DNA of 64,000 nucleotides from Candidatus Helarchaeota archaeon (GTDB lineage: Archaea > Asgardarchaeota > Lokiarchaeia > Helarchaeales > RDOG01): NCBI GenBank assembly GCA_019058315.1, contig JAHPZH010000002.1:480001-544000 (forward strand), written 5' to 3'. Each line of letters opens with the position of its first letter. The stretch's first letter is position 1. The notes below the pieces were generated by a model. It ran no database searches. It was not told the DNA's origin and saw only the letters and a list, made by a program, of their open reading frames with translations. The position numbers and the translations under genes were made by a program. This document shows, piece after piece, positions 1 through 9,779 of this stretch.

Positions 1-1
1 T

Positions 2-154
2 AACGATCTTATTAAACAGTTAAAATTCTTCGAATCTAATAGTGAAGTCCTAAAAAAGTTTAATTCTAATTCACAACAATTTTTAGATAAAATGGACAAA
101 ATGGTCCAAGAATTAAACGAAAAAGTTAAAGAAATGCCTGCAAAATTATATTAA
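2..154 (+). CDS. 3' end of a gene running in from the left edge (hypothetical, helical)
   Basis: Open frame NDLIKQLKFFES...MPAKLY ending in TAA at 152-154. Confidence 0.6.
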   Translation, partial: NDLIKQLKFFESNSEVLKKFNSNSQQFLDKMDKMVQELNEKVKEMPAKLY

Positions 155-206
155 TAAAAATTTGAATCGTATTAATTTCTTTTGCTCTTTTTGTGAATGA
201 TTAATA

Positions 207-1319
207 TTGAAAAATATTGCATATTATATAACAACTCACGGTCTTGGACATGCTACAAGAAGTATAGCTATTGTTCGTGAACTAATAAAAGATCCAGATT
301 TACAAATTTATATTTGCAGTAAATTGTCTCAAAATTACTTAAATGGATGTTTTCAATCAAATTCTACAAAATTCCATGAGTCTGACACTCTTTTTGGAGT
401 TCGTTACAAAGAATTACTACATGTGGATGTAGATAAAAGTATCAATATATTTAAGGATGGAATTAGAAAACAAAAAGAATATATTAAAAAAGAAACCGAA
501 TTCTGTGAAAAAAATAATATAGATCTTATAATTAGCGATATTTGTCCCTTCCCATTTGATGTAGCTGAAAAATTAAAAATTCCTTCGATTGCAATTTCCA
601 ATTTTAATTGGTATTCTATATTCAAACATATAATTAATAAGAAGGAATCACACACTTTAGTCGATAATTTGGAAATATTGAGAGAATCTTATGAAAAAGC
701 AAATCTATTATTACAACTTCCATTTTCTTCTGATATGAATTATTTCAAGAAGAAATTAGAAGTTTCTCTTGTTGTTAGGGAATTGACCAAGGATAAATCC
801 GAAATTAGGGATGTTATCGATTTAGAAAAAGATGATTTATTAATATTTTATGGATTAACTGATTATACATTTACTACTGATGAATTAATTCAAAAATTTG
901 ATAATTTGTATAGCAATCATACTGAAGTGAAGATTATTTTTTCAATTTTTTTAAAACCATATATTCCTAGAAGAAAATATTTTAGATTCATTCCCGAGAA
1001 TGACCAAGAATCCCAAGATTATTTAGCTGCAAGTGATCTGGTTATTGGAAAAGTGGGTTATGGAACAGTCAGCGAATGTGTAGCGTATGAAAAACCTCTC
1101 ATCTATACTACAAGGAAAGATTTTCTTGAAGATATTGGACTCGCAAAAGGTATAGATATGTTTGGAAAAGGAAAATATTATACACCAAGGGCATTATTAA
1201 ACGGAGAATTCGAAAATTTGGTCGATTTAACCCATGAATTAAATAAAAAATCTATAAATAATAAAATTCCAATTAATGGTGCCCATGAAATATTTCAGAT
1301 AATTAAAAAATTTGTTTGA
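207..1319 (+). CDS. GT-B fold glycosyltransferase (GT28/L-arabinokinase N-terminal-like)
   Basis: N-terminal HGLGHATRS motif and C-terminal DLVIGKVGYGTVSEC motif. Confidence 0.8.
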   Translation: MKNIAYYITTHGLGHATRSIAIVRELIKDPDLQIYICSKLSQNYLNGCFQSNSTKFHESDTLFGVRYKELLHVDVDKSINIFKDGIRKQKEYIKKETEFCEKNNIDLIISDICPFPFDVAEKLKIPSIAISNFNWYSIFKHIINKKESHTLVDNLEILRESYEKANLLLQLPFSSDMNYFKKKLEVSLVVRELTKDKSEIRDVIDLEKDDLLIFYGLTDYTFTTDELIQKFDNLYSNHTEVKIIFSIFLKPYIPRRKYFRFIPENDQESQDYLAASDLVIGKVGYGTVSECVAYEKPLIYTTRKDFLEDIGLAKGIDMFGKGKYYTPRALLNGEFENLVDLTHELNKKSINNKIPINGAHEIFQIIKKFV

Positions 1320-1512
1320 TTTTTTATTGCGAATTCTTTAAATTTCAAAATTTTGAATTGAGATTACTAAATTCAATTTAAATAGTATGCATGATTTATG
1401 AAATAAGAGTTTATATTTAAAATTAGATTTTCAAAATTTTAATAGAATTTTTCCGAAATTACCAATCTGGCGCCTATAATAATTACTTAAAACTTGTTGG
1501 TGCAAATAAAAC

Positions 1513-2283
1513 ATGATCCTTGGTATTTTGGTCATGAGTAAGGGCGGAATTCCCTTATATCGTGATTTCTGGACTGAGCAAATGAGCCCAATAACTGGTT
1601 CTACAGTACTTGTTGCTGGTTTTCTTAATGCACTAACAAATTTTGCAACGCAATTTAACTGGGAAGCACAAAAAATACTCTTTAAACCAGTTGAAAAGAC
1701 CGACAGAGCAAATTTTGAAATTCTGTTTGAAGAAATTGGAGATTTTGATATCATACTCTTTCTAGATAGCTTTCATTTCAGAAATCAACTCAAAATTAAA
1801 ATCAATTATATATATGAAAACATTTTAAAGAAGTATAATACTTCAACATCTGAAATGGATGAAATTGAAGAAAAAGATGCTTCAGAAATTAGAAAAATCT
1901 TCATGAATAATAAAGAAAAAGATCTAATTATGCAAAAACTTATGGAGTTAGAGGAGTTAGGAGATAGATTCATTATTGAGTATGACGTTAGGAGTATTTT
2001 TTTACGAACAGAAGATGGCGATTTGCTCTATTATAATTCGAAAGGGCTTAAAAAGGATGAGATTGAATTTCTTTTAACAAAGATTCAAACTCATGAGGAG
2101 GAAATCGTAGGTGTTGAAGGAACAAGATGGACTATGACCCTAGATAAACAAGGAACTCCCGCCATATTATGCGAAATTACCAAAAGTCCGTTTCTTTACG
2201 GTTTTATTGTAGATGAAAATTCTGCGCTAGGACCCATTTCTGATGAACTTTCATTTAGACTTGATAAAATATTAAAAAAATAA
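1513..2283 (+). CDS. Hypothetical protein with longin/roadblock-like domains
   Basis: Starts ILGILVMSKGGIPLY...LVAGFLNALTNFA, typical of Asgard longin-like domains; second similar alpha/beta module at the C-terminus. Confidence 0.55.
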   Translation: MILGILVMSKGGIPLYRDFWTEQMSPITGSTVLVAGFLNALTNFATQFNWEAQKILFKPVEKTDRANFEILFEEIGDFDIILFLDSFHFRNQLKIKINYIYENILKKYNTSTSEMDEIEEKDASEIRKIFMNNKEKDLIMQKLMELEELGDRFIIEYDVRSIFLRTEDGDLLYYNSKGLKKDEIEFLLTKIQTHEEEIVGVEGTRWTMTLDKQGTPAILCEITKSPFLYGFIVDENSALGPISDELSFRLDKILKK

Positions 2284-2339
2284 TTATATTAATTGAGTGT
2301 GAATTTTCTTTCATTTTGATGACTATTTAAAAGTTATAA

Positions 2340-3416
2340 TTAATTTGAAGCTTTCTTTTTACCTTGCATAATTGCAAAACCTAACTCAATCACTCTCTCG
2401 AATGGTTCCTCTCGGTCTGGTCTCAATTGTAAGGTTATTGCCTCTTCAGAACATTCACCTGCACATAATCCACATCCAAGACATTTGTCCCTATCTACAA
2501 CTGCCTTTTCTTCTAATGATATTGCACCCACCGGACATTTATCAGCACATAAACCACAACCAATACATTTTTCTTGGTCGATGACTGATTCGAACAAAGC
2601 ATTAAAAAATTTGTGTTTATCTTGACCCTTTTTTGTTATCCCTTTCATTAATACACAACAACAAGGGCAGCAATTACAAATATTAGATAAGTGCTTTGAG
2701 TTAACTCCAGCATGAACCAATCCCGCTTTATCGGCATCTTCTATTATCTTTATTGCCTCTTTTGGACTGATTTCCCTGCCCCATCCGTTTTCTATATAAT
2801 ATTCTGCTGCCGCCCCAAACGAGAGACAAGTTTCCATGGGATAATCACATCCATCACCCGTCAATTTAGTCTCCTTACGGCAAACACAATCTGTAACCGC
2901 AATTTTTCTAGCTTCTTTAATGCTTTCCTTTAATTTATGAAAAGGAAAAAGTACAGTTCCTGACTCTATCGTTTCATCAACAGGGAGAACCTTAAATCCT
3001 GGAACGTTGCTTGCTCCAATTTCTTTTAGACTTGCCTCCTCATAATACTGTTTATAAAGTTCTGCAAGCTCTTTGTCAATTTTTAATACTGAATATTCGT
3101 ATAAACCAATCATAAAAGGTGCTGCATTATAATAAGTCTTACCCTCTCGCTTGACCCTAAATATAAGTCCCTTTTTCGACATTGATTCGAGTTTTTCCTC
3201 TATCACTTCTTTGTCCAAATTTATTTTTCTTGAGATTTTTCTTACCAGCTTTTTAGTAGTATCTGGAATTGGAGTTAAGTGAACCACAATCTTTGCTTCA
3301 TCTTCAGTGAAAAGTCTCTTAAGGATCTTAATCTCAACCCCTGAGGATGTCTTAGGGAATCCTATTGGAAAAGAATCCATAAATTCTCTTAATTTAATAT
3401 ATATATCAGCTGACAT
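2340..3416 (-). CDS. 4Fe-4S binding protein (N-terminal HTH-like region, Cys-rich core, C-terminal ferredoxin)
   Basis: CVCR...C...CL, ICNCCPCCC and two CxxCxxCxxxC motifs; start taken at ATG 3416. Confidence 0.85.
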   Translation of the reverse strand: MSADIYIKLREFMDSFPIGFPKTSSGVEIKILKRLFTEDEAKIVVHLTPIPDTTKKLVRKISRKINLDKEVIEEKLESMSKKGLIFRVKREGKTYYNAAPFMIGLYEYSVLKIDKELAELYKQYYEEASLKEIGASNVPGFKVLPVDETIESGTVLFPFHKLKESIKEARKIAVTDCVCRKETKLTGDGCDYPMETCLSFGAAAEYYIENGWGREISPKEAIKIIEDADKAGLVHAGVNSKHLSNICNCCPCCCVLMKGITKKGQDKHKFFNALFESVIDQEKCIGCGLCADKCPVGAISLEEKAVVDRDKCLGCGLCAGECSEEAITLQLRPDREEPFERVIELGFAIMQGKKKASN

Positions 3417-3651
3417 TTCCATTAACCCAATTAAGTTATTAATCAATACTAGTATTATATCATCAATTTTTTTTATAAAAATATGTATCGATAATAGGTT
3501 TAAACTAAATTGTTAAATGTGAATTTCAAACAAAACCATTAATAAAATTTTATTCTCTAATATTATGAAATTCTCATTCTTATTTGGAGAATAAAGCTAA
3601 AAAGATTAATAATTAATATTTCGAAAATTTAAGTTAAATTGAGATGTTTTT

Positions 3652-4443
3652 ATGGGAATCAAGATCAGCGTAGCGGGTAAAGGTGGTGTTGGTAAAACTA
3701 CTTTAGCTGGCACATTAGCCCGTCTATTTGCTAAAGATAAAAAATATAATGTTCTTGCCATCGATACAGATCCTGCATTAAATCTCTTTTCTGCATTAGG
3801 AATATCAAAAGAGGAATTTGAAAAAATTGAAGCTATTAGTGAGCAAAGCAAACTTATAGAGGAAAGAGCTGGTAAACCGGGTGGAGTTTTTAAGGTGAAT
3901 CCAAAAGTTTCCGATATACCAGAAAAATTTAGTATTACAGGACCAGATGGATTAAAATTAATTAAGATCGGAACAATTGATAAAGCAGGAACTGGTTGTT
4001 TATGTCCAAGTAATGCATTTATTCGAGCTTTACTTTTCCATCTCGTATTAAACCCTAATGATGTTGTAGTTATTGATATGGAGGCTGGAATTGAGCATTT
4101 AGGAAGAGGAGTTGCTCAAAATGTCGATATTATGCTTATTGTTGTAGAACCTGGTTCTAGATCTTTTCAATTAGCTAAAAAAATTCAGAAATTAGGTAAT
4201 GATTTAGGAGTAAAAAAAATCTATGTTGTTGCAAATAAAATAGGAGGAGCTGAAGAAGAAAAGTTTGTTAAAGAGGCTTCTTCAGAAATGGGTTTGGAGT
4301 TACTTGGTATCATGCCGCTGGATAGAAAACTAGTTGAGGCAGATTTAAAAGGTATTGCTCCAATCGATTATATTCCAGATTCAAAACCAATGCAAGCTGT
4401 AAAAGAAATTAAATCAAAAATTCTAAATATAGTAGCAAATTGA
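3652..4443 (+). CDS. cooC: CooC-type nickel-insertion ATPase (CODH/ACS maturation)
   Basis: GKGGVGKT Walker A, GCLCP metal motif, DMEAGIEHLGRG. Confidence 0.85.
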   Translation: MGIKISVAGKGGVGKTTLAGTLARLFAKDKKYNVLAIDTDPALNLFSALGISKEEFEKIEAISEQSKLIEERAGKPGGVFKVNPKVSDIPEKFSITGPDGLKLIKIGTIDKAGTGCLCPSNAFIRALLFHLVLNPNDVVVIDMEAGIEHLGRGVAQNVDIMLIVVEPGSRSFQLAKKIQKLGNDLGVKKIYVVANKIGGAEEEKFVKEASSEMGLELLGIMPLDRKLVEADLKGIAPIDYIPDSKPMQAVKEIKSKILNIVAN

Positions 4444-4475
4444 TTCTGATTTAAAAAAAGTTAAATGGGTAGCTT

Positions 4476-5246
4476 TTACATTTTTCTGCCTGCAGCGACT
4501 TGTAAAACTTCGCCTGTTATATAGCTACTTACATCAGAGGAAAAAAATAATATAGCACGCGAAATATCCTGAGTTGTTCCCAATTTTGGACCTACTTCAG
4601 GTTGCCTTTGTAAAATTAATGCCTTTTCGATATTGCCTCTTAATTTGTCGTCCTTAACGAAATAATCAGTTAAAGCAGTATGGACAAGTCCTGGTGCAAT
4701 AGTATTACAAGTAATACCTAAGTAGCCTAATTCTTGAGCTATCGTTTTACATAAACCAACAACTCCAGCCTTTGCGGTAGCATAATTAGATTGTCCTCTA
4801 TTTCCTCTATATGCCATACTTGCTATCATAACTATTTTTCCATATTTTTGCTTCTTCATAATTGGTGTAACAGCTTTACAGAACCGCCAATAACCTTTTA
4901 AATTAACGTCTAATACTAAATCATAATCGTCTTCTGGCATTTTGTGAATCAGATTATCGCGAAGAATTCCAGCATTGCAAATTAAAATATCTACTCTTCC
5001 AAATTTATCCATACATATTTGTACGCAGTTATTTACTTCCTCTGTCTTTGTAACATCACATTTGACTGCAATTGCATTTCTACCCTTTTTCTTTATTAAA
5101 TCTTCGACTTCTTTAGCTCCAATTTCATTAATATCTACAATTACAACATTTGCACCTTCCTCGGAAAAATCTAAACACGCTTGTTTTCCAATACCGCTTG
5201 CACCACCAGTCACGATCGCAGTTTTTCCTTTAAGATTTAAATCCAT
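4476..5246 (-). CDS. Short-chain dehydrogenase/reductase (FabG-like)
   Basis: TGGASGIG, NAGILRD, YATAK catalytic motif. Confidence 0.9.
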   Translation of the reverse strand: MDLNLKGKTAIVTGGASGIGKQACLDFSEEGANVVIVDINEIGAKEVEDLIKKKGRNAIAVKCDVTKTEEVNNCVQICMDKFGRVDILICNAGILRDNLIHKMPEDDYDLVLDVNLKGYWRFCKAVTPIMKKQKYGKIVMIASMAYRGNRGQSNYATAKAGVVGLCKTIAQELGYLGITCNTIAPGLVHTALTDYFVKDDKLRGNIEKALILQRQPEVGPKLGTTQDISRAILFFSSDVSSYITGEVLQVAAGRKM

Positions 5247-5594
5247 TTTTAGCTTTTGCTCCTATTTTAATTGCATTATATAAAATTATCAAATAATCTT
5301 ATTCAATCTGAATTAATTTTAAATCTTTTTAAATTCATATAACTATATTTTCTAATCAAAATGATTAATTTTTTTATATTATTTTATAGTTATTTCTTAT
5401 TATATTGCTAAAAATGCGTCAAATCTAATCATTTTCTTTAAAATCCAAATTCTTTTATATTAAACTGTTATAATTCTCTCTAAATTAAAAAAAGTTAAAA
5501 GTAGAAAAAACTAAATATTTAAATAGTAGAAATCTACAGAATAATGTAGACTTCTACAAAAACAATTTTAAATAATATTAAGGTTTGGTTTAAA

Positions 5595-7067
5595 ATGGAA
5601 CGTCCTACATATGCGGATAGAGTAACGGACAGATATGTGCGCCGAAATTTTATAAATGGTATATTTACACTTTTTTCAAAAAAGTATTTTGCATATACTT
5701 GCATTTTAATAATATCTATCACTATTTCTCTAATTGCTAATATTATATTACCCACTCAAAATCCCTCAATGTTAAAAAACATCGTGATATTTGAAATTAG
5801 TACAATATTTGCATTTATAATTTCTGGGATTTTGGCATTTTGGATAAAAAATAATATTTCGAGATTAATTTCTATCTTAATTTTTAATATTATATTCTTT
5901 CTCCTTTTCCAAATTTATTTTTATAATTACTGGAAGGACGTCCTAAATCTATTTATTGTAATAAATATGGGAATGATAAGTATAAGTTTCTTGATTGTTA
6001 TTAGAAATTTTAACACTTCATGGATTGGAAGGCTTGTGGTTGGGGGAAAAGGGAAAAGAACTACTGCTTTCTACTCAATGATCCGTTTCACAGGATTAGG
6101 AATTGGCTTCTCTGCTTATCTTTTATATCTATTTCTAACTCCTAAACCATTTGAGACATCTAATTATAACTTTTTATTTCTAGCTATTTTTAATGGGGTA
6201 GCTAACCTATTATTGATGTTAATTGTCTATAAAAAATCATTTTATGATAAATATTTTTCACATGATTTTTTTGTCCAATCACTAACTTTTTTTTATGGTT
6301 TTTCTCTAATACCCATGATTCTAGTTAGTTTTTTAGAAAATGAGGGTATTTTTCCATTATTTAATTTTGCTTTAATTGTATTTACAATTTTATCCTTGAC
6401 TCAAGCTATCACATCAACCCGATCTGAATATGAAGAAAGATTGAAAAAAGTTGGATTAATAGACAGGATAAAAGATACAAGAATCAAAAAAAATTCGCGT
6501 GAGGATACCACAGCTAGAGATATTATAATTATAAATATTGAAAATGAAGATGAGACACAAATAGATATACCGAAGGCTATCAAAGCTGAAAAATCAAAGC
6601 AGAAAAAAGTAGTTTCAGCACAAGATGGAAAAATGATAATATTTTTAGGGTTTTGTTTATCATTTCATTTTTTAATTGTGCATTTCTTTATTAATCGAGA
6701 TATATTATTACCAAATCCATTTCTGGACTATCCTTTAGTAAATTTGCCATTTAATTGGCAAGACCTTAACACAATCATATCTATCATAGCTTTTGGAATT
6801 ATTATTGTAAATATTCTTCTATATTTTGGGTCTAATAAGCTTAAAGAATGGTATGCAAATAATATTCCAACACAAGCGGCTTTCTGGGAATTCTTGACTT
6901 TAATTGATCGTGAAGAGCGCATGCAATTCCTCACCCAATCTGCGGATATAATACGTGAAACGCTCATCACTGGAATTATGGACTTTATTGATAGAGCAAG
7001 AGATGATATTGAATCTACGGTGTGGGAAGGAATAAATTTTGTACGTCGATTTTTTGGAATAGGCTGA
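5595..7067 (+). CDS. Multi-pass membrane protein, hypothetical
   Basis: 490-aa ORF with about 10 hydrophobic segments. Confidence 0.7.
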   Translation: MERPTYADRVTDRYVRRNFINGIFTLFSKKYFAYTCILIISITISLIANIILPTQNPSMLKNIVIFEISTIFAFIISGILAFWIKNNISRLISILIFNIIFFLLFQIYFYNYWKDVLNLFIVINMGMISISFLIVIRNFNTSWIGRLVVGGKGKRTTAFYSMIRFTGLGIGFSAYLLYLFLTPKPFETSNYNFLFLAIFNGVANLLLMLIVYKKSFYDKYFSHDFFVQSLTFFYGFSLIPMILVSFLENEGIFPLFNFALIVFTILSLTQAITSTRSEYEERLKKVGLIDRIKDTRIKKNSREDTTARDIIIINIENEDETQIDIPKAIKAEKSKQKKVVSAQDGKMIIFLGFCLSFHFLIVHFFINRDILLPNPFLDYPLVNLPFNWQDLNTIISIIAFGIIIVNILLYFGSNKLKEWYANNIPTQAAFWEFLTLIDREERMQFLTQSADIIRETLITGIMDFIDRARDDIESTVWEGINFVRRFFGIG

Positions 7068-7080
7068 AATTAAAAAAAAA

Positions 7081-8355
7081 TTATTCTAGGTCTTCATTTT
7101 TTTTCTTTATCATATGAGCTAACTTTGCTTGTAGACCATATAACTCCATAAACCCTGCACTTGCCTTTTCATTGAATTTTGAAATTTTTTCATAAGTTGC
7201 GAGATTATAATCATAGAGTGCCCAATCAGATTTTCTCCCTACAATTTGTGCAGTTCCTTTATACAACTTAAGTCGAACTTCACCGTTTACTCGTTCATTT
7301 ACGTTATTTATAAATACATCGAGATCTTCTTTAAGTGGGTCAACCCAAAGTGCAGAATATACTAGATTAGCCCATTTTTCATCCACCAGAGATTTAAATG
7401 CAAATTCTTGTGTTGTACATACAGATTTTTCTAAATCTTTATGAGCACTAATTAGAAGAACTGCAGCAGGATTCTCATAAATTTCACGAGATTTAATACC
7501 AACTATACGATCTTCTAAATGATCTAAGCGCCCAATACTGTTTTTTCCACCGATGTCATTCAATTTTTGAATTAATTTTATACTGTCCATATGTTCACCA
7601 TTAATTGCCACAGGAATACCTTTTTGAAATTCGATAGTTATATATTCAACTTTATCTGGTGCATTTTTTGGATTGACTGTCCATTCAAAAGCATCTTCAT
7701 TTGGCTCCATTTCGGGATATTCCAAATCTGAACATTCAATACTGCGTCCCCATAGATTTTCATCAATAGAATATTTAGATTGGCTCGGTATAGGGATGGA
7801 ATGTTTTTTTGCATATTCAACTTCATCTTCTCTGTTGAATCCCCATTCGACAACAGGTTGAATAATCTTTATGTCAGGATTAATAGTATATGCGGTGACA
7901 GTGATCCTTACTTGATCATTCCCTTTACCTGTACATCCATGAGCTATCGCAGCAGCTCCTTCCTTTTTGGCGATTTTTATAGCCCACTTTGCTAATAATG
8001 GCCGGGATAATGCGGAATGTAAAGGATAAGTTCCCTCATATAATGCATTAGCTTTAAGCGCTGGAAAAACATAATTATCAATAAATTCTTGCTTGGCATC
8101 TATAGTAAAGTGCTTTTTCACACCTAATTTTTTAGCTTTCTCTTCAATCTTTTTGAAATCCTTTCCCCTCTGACCAATATCAAGAGTTAATGAGATCAAT
8201 GAACATTCATATTTCTCTTGAATCCATTTTAACATGACAGATGTATCTAACCCTCCACTATAGAGGAGAACTACTGTTTTTCCTTTTAATTCTTCTTTTT
8301 CTGGTTGAAAATTTGCTTTGAATAATTTGACCACCTTCAAAAAATTATAAAACAA
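7081..8355 (-). CDS. argG: Argininosuccinate synthase
   Basis: YSGGLDTS, AHGCTGKGNDQVR, YSIDENLWGRSIE, GIKSREIYE motifs; exact start uncertain. Confidence 0.97.
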   Translation of the reverse strand: MFYNFLKVVKLFKANFQPEKEELKGKTVVLLYSGGLDTSVMLKWIQEKYECSLISLTLDIGQRGKDFKKIEEKAKKLGVKKHFTIDAKQEFIDNYVFPALKANALYEGTYPLHSALSRPLLAKWAIKIAKKEGAAAIAHGCTGKGNDQVRITVTAYTINPDIKIIQPVVEWGFNREDEVEYAKKHSIPIPSQSKYSIDENLWGRSIECSDLEYPEMEPNEDAFEWTVNPKNAPDKVEYITIEFQKGIPVAINGEHMDSIKLIQKLNDIGGKNSIGRLDHLEDRIVGIKSREIYENPAAVLLISAHKDLEKSVCTTQEFAFKSLVDEKWANLVYSALWVDPLKEDLDVFINNVNERVNGEVRLKLYKGTAQIVGRKSDWALYDYNLATYEKISKFNEKASAGFMELYGLQAKLAHMIKKKNEDLE

Positions 8356-8411
8356 AATATCTAATAAAAATTTAAAAAATTATAAAAGTTAAATAAAATA
8401 GAGATAGAGGC

Positions 8412-8693
8412 TTACCAAGGATAAGTATTACGCGCCGCTACCATCGTTGTAGTTTCATCTGTGACTTCTTTTAATACTGAATCTTCTCTAATTTTAGTAA
8501 CTACCTCATCTAACTGATTTAGCTCATCAAATGTTACCTCAACTACTACATCCCATGCTCCATAGACTGGACACGCGTAAGTAACTCTATCACGTGAAAA
8601 AATTTTTTTAATCCTTTCACAGACGTCCCACTCTGATCCAACATTTTCTAGACGAAGTAATATATACGCTCTAAATTTTGGCATAGATTTCAC
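8412..8693 (-). CDS. Stand-alone Lrp/AsnC ligand-binding (RAM) domain protein
   Basis: AYILL...VYGAWDVVVEV...LDEVVTKIR...ETTTMV pattern. Confidence 0.8.
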   Translation of the reverse strand: MKSMPKFRAYILLRLENVGSEWDVCERIKKIFSRDRVTYACPVYGAWDVVVEVTFDELNQLDEVVTKIREDSVLKEVTDETTTMVAARNTYPW

Positions 8694-8843
8694 CTTTTTT
8701 TATTTGCTTATTTTGAGAAAAAATATTAAAATTATGTTATAATAAGAACAAGAAATAGGATAATATAAAGAAAAAGAAACTCTTTATATTATTAAAAAAT
8801 GATAATTTGGGGATTTATAATTGTCAAAATAGTAAAGTTAATG

Positions 8844-9578
8844 CTAATTTGAATTTACTACCTTGTCTCTTATCTCTAAATTTGAACGTAATAAGAGTAT
8901 TCGATCTTCTAATGTTTTATAAGCCTTGAGGGAATCTTCTCTGGAAACCACAAAAATTGTATCCGTATGACAAGACATAAATTGCGTTATATTAATAGAA
9001 TTACGAGCGAATAAGTCTGTAAGATATGCTACAATTCCTGGGACTTCAATTATTTTTAGGGGGCTAACAACTATAAGAGCTGATTGATCTCCTTTTATAA
9101 GTAAAATATTCTTTTTAGTCAGTTTTTCAACTATTCTATCTTTTGCTCTTGCATCTACTACGAGAGTAAATGAATTAGTTCCTTGAATTAATTGAAAAAA
9201 ATCAGTTCCTTCCATAAGTTCGGTAAGGCTTATTCCCTCAAAAAATACAGATTGGCGAAAATTTATAACTGTCAATTCATTTTTTAATTCTAATTTACTT
9301 TCAGCTATGACCTCAACTATATCTTCTTCCAAAATTTTCCATTTCTCTTTAATTTCGTCGGAATATCTCATTAATGCCATTTTAATAGCATCAATTTGTA
9401 TCTTTTTTTCTTTTCTACCTATTAATTTAGTAACTTCTGGATTGATTGATTCAGCTAGAGCGGAAAAATTAATAACGCCTTGCTTGATACCATCAATCAA
9501 AGACGGCTTACTTTGAATAATTCGTCTTGCAGCTTCAGCGATTGACAACTCTTCTGATTTACGTTTGTTTTTCACCAT
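8844..9578 (-). CDS. ACT-domain protein with N-terminal helical domain (archaeal amino-acid-responsive regulator-like)
   Basis: GVINFSALAE N-terminus; C-terminal PGIVAYLTDLFARNSINI...SCHTDTIFVV ACT domain. Confidence 0.8.
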   Translation of the reverse strand: MVKNKRKSEELSIAEAARRIIQSKPSLIDGIKQGVINFSALAESINPEVTKLIGRKEKKIQIDAIKMALMRYSDEIKEKWKILEEDIVEVIAESKLELKNELTVINFRQSVFFEGISLTELMEGTDFFQLIQGTNSFTLVVDARAKDRIVEKLTKKNILLIKGDQSALIVVSPLKIIEVPGIVAYLTDLFARNSINITQFMSCHTDTIFVVSREDSLKAYKTLEDRILLLRSNLEIRDKVVNSN

Positions 9579-9779
9579 TTTAATCTACTTTATTATTTAT
9601 TAAGGTGTAATTATTAAATTGTGAGTTAAATAATAAATTTATTTGTTTTTTTTCCTCATTTTAAAACTATTTAATCAATTACAAATTGGATTTAATTTTT
9701 ATAATTATTTTTTAAAACTAACTCAAATAACCTATAATTAAATTAATTAAAATTTAATAGAATAATCGAGGAAAATAAT

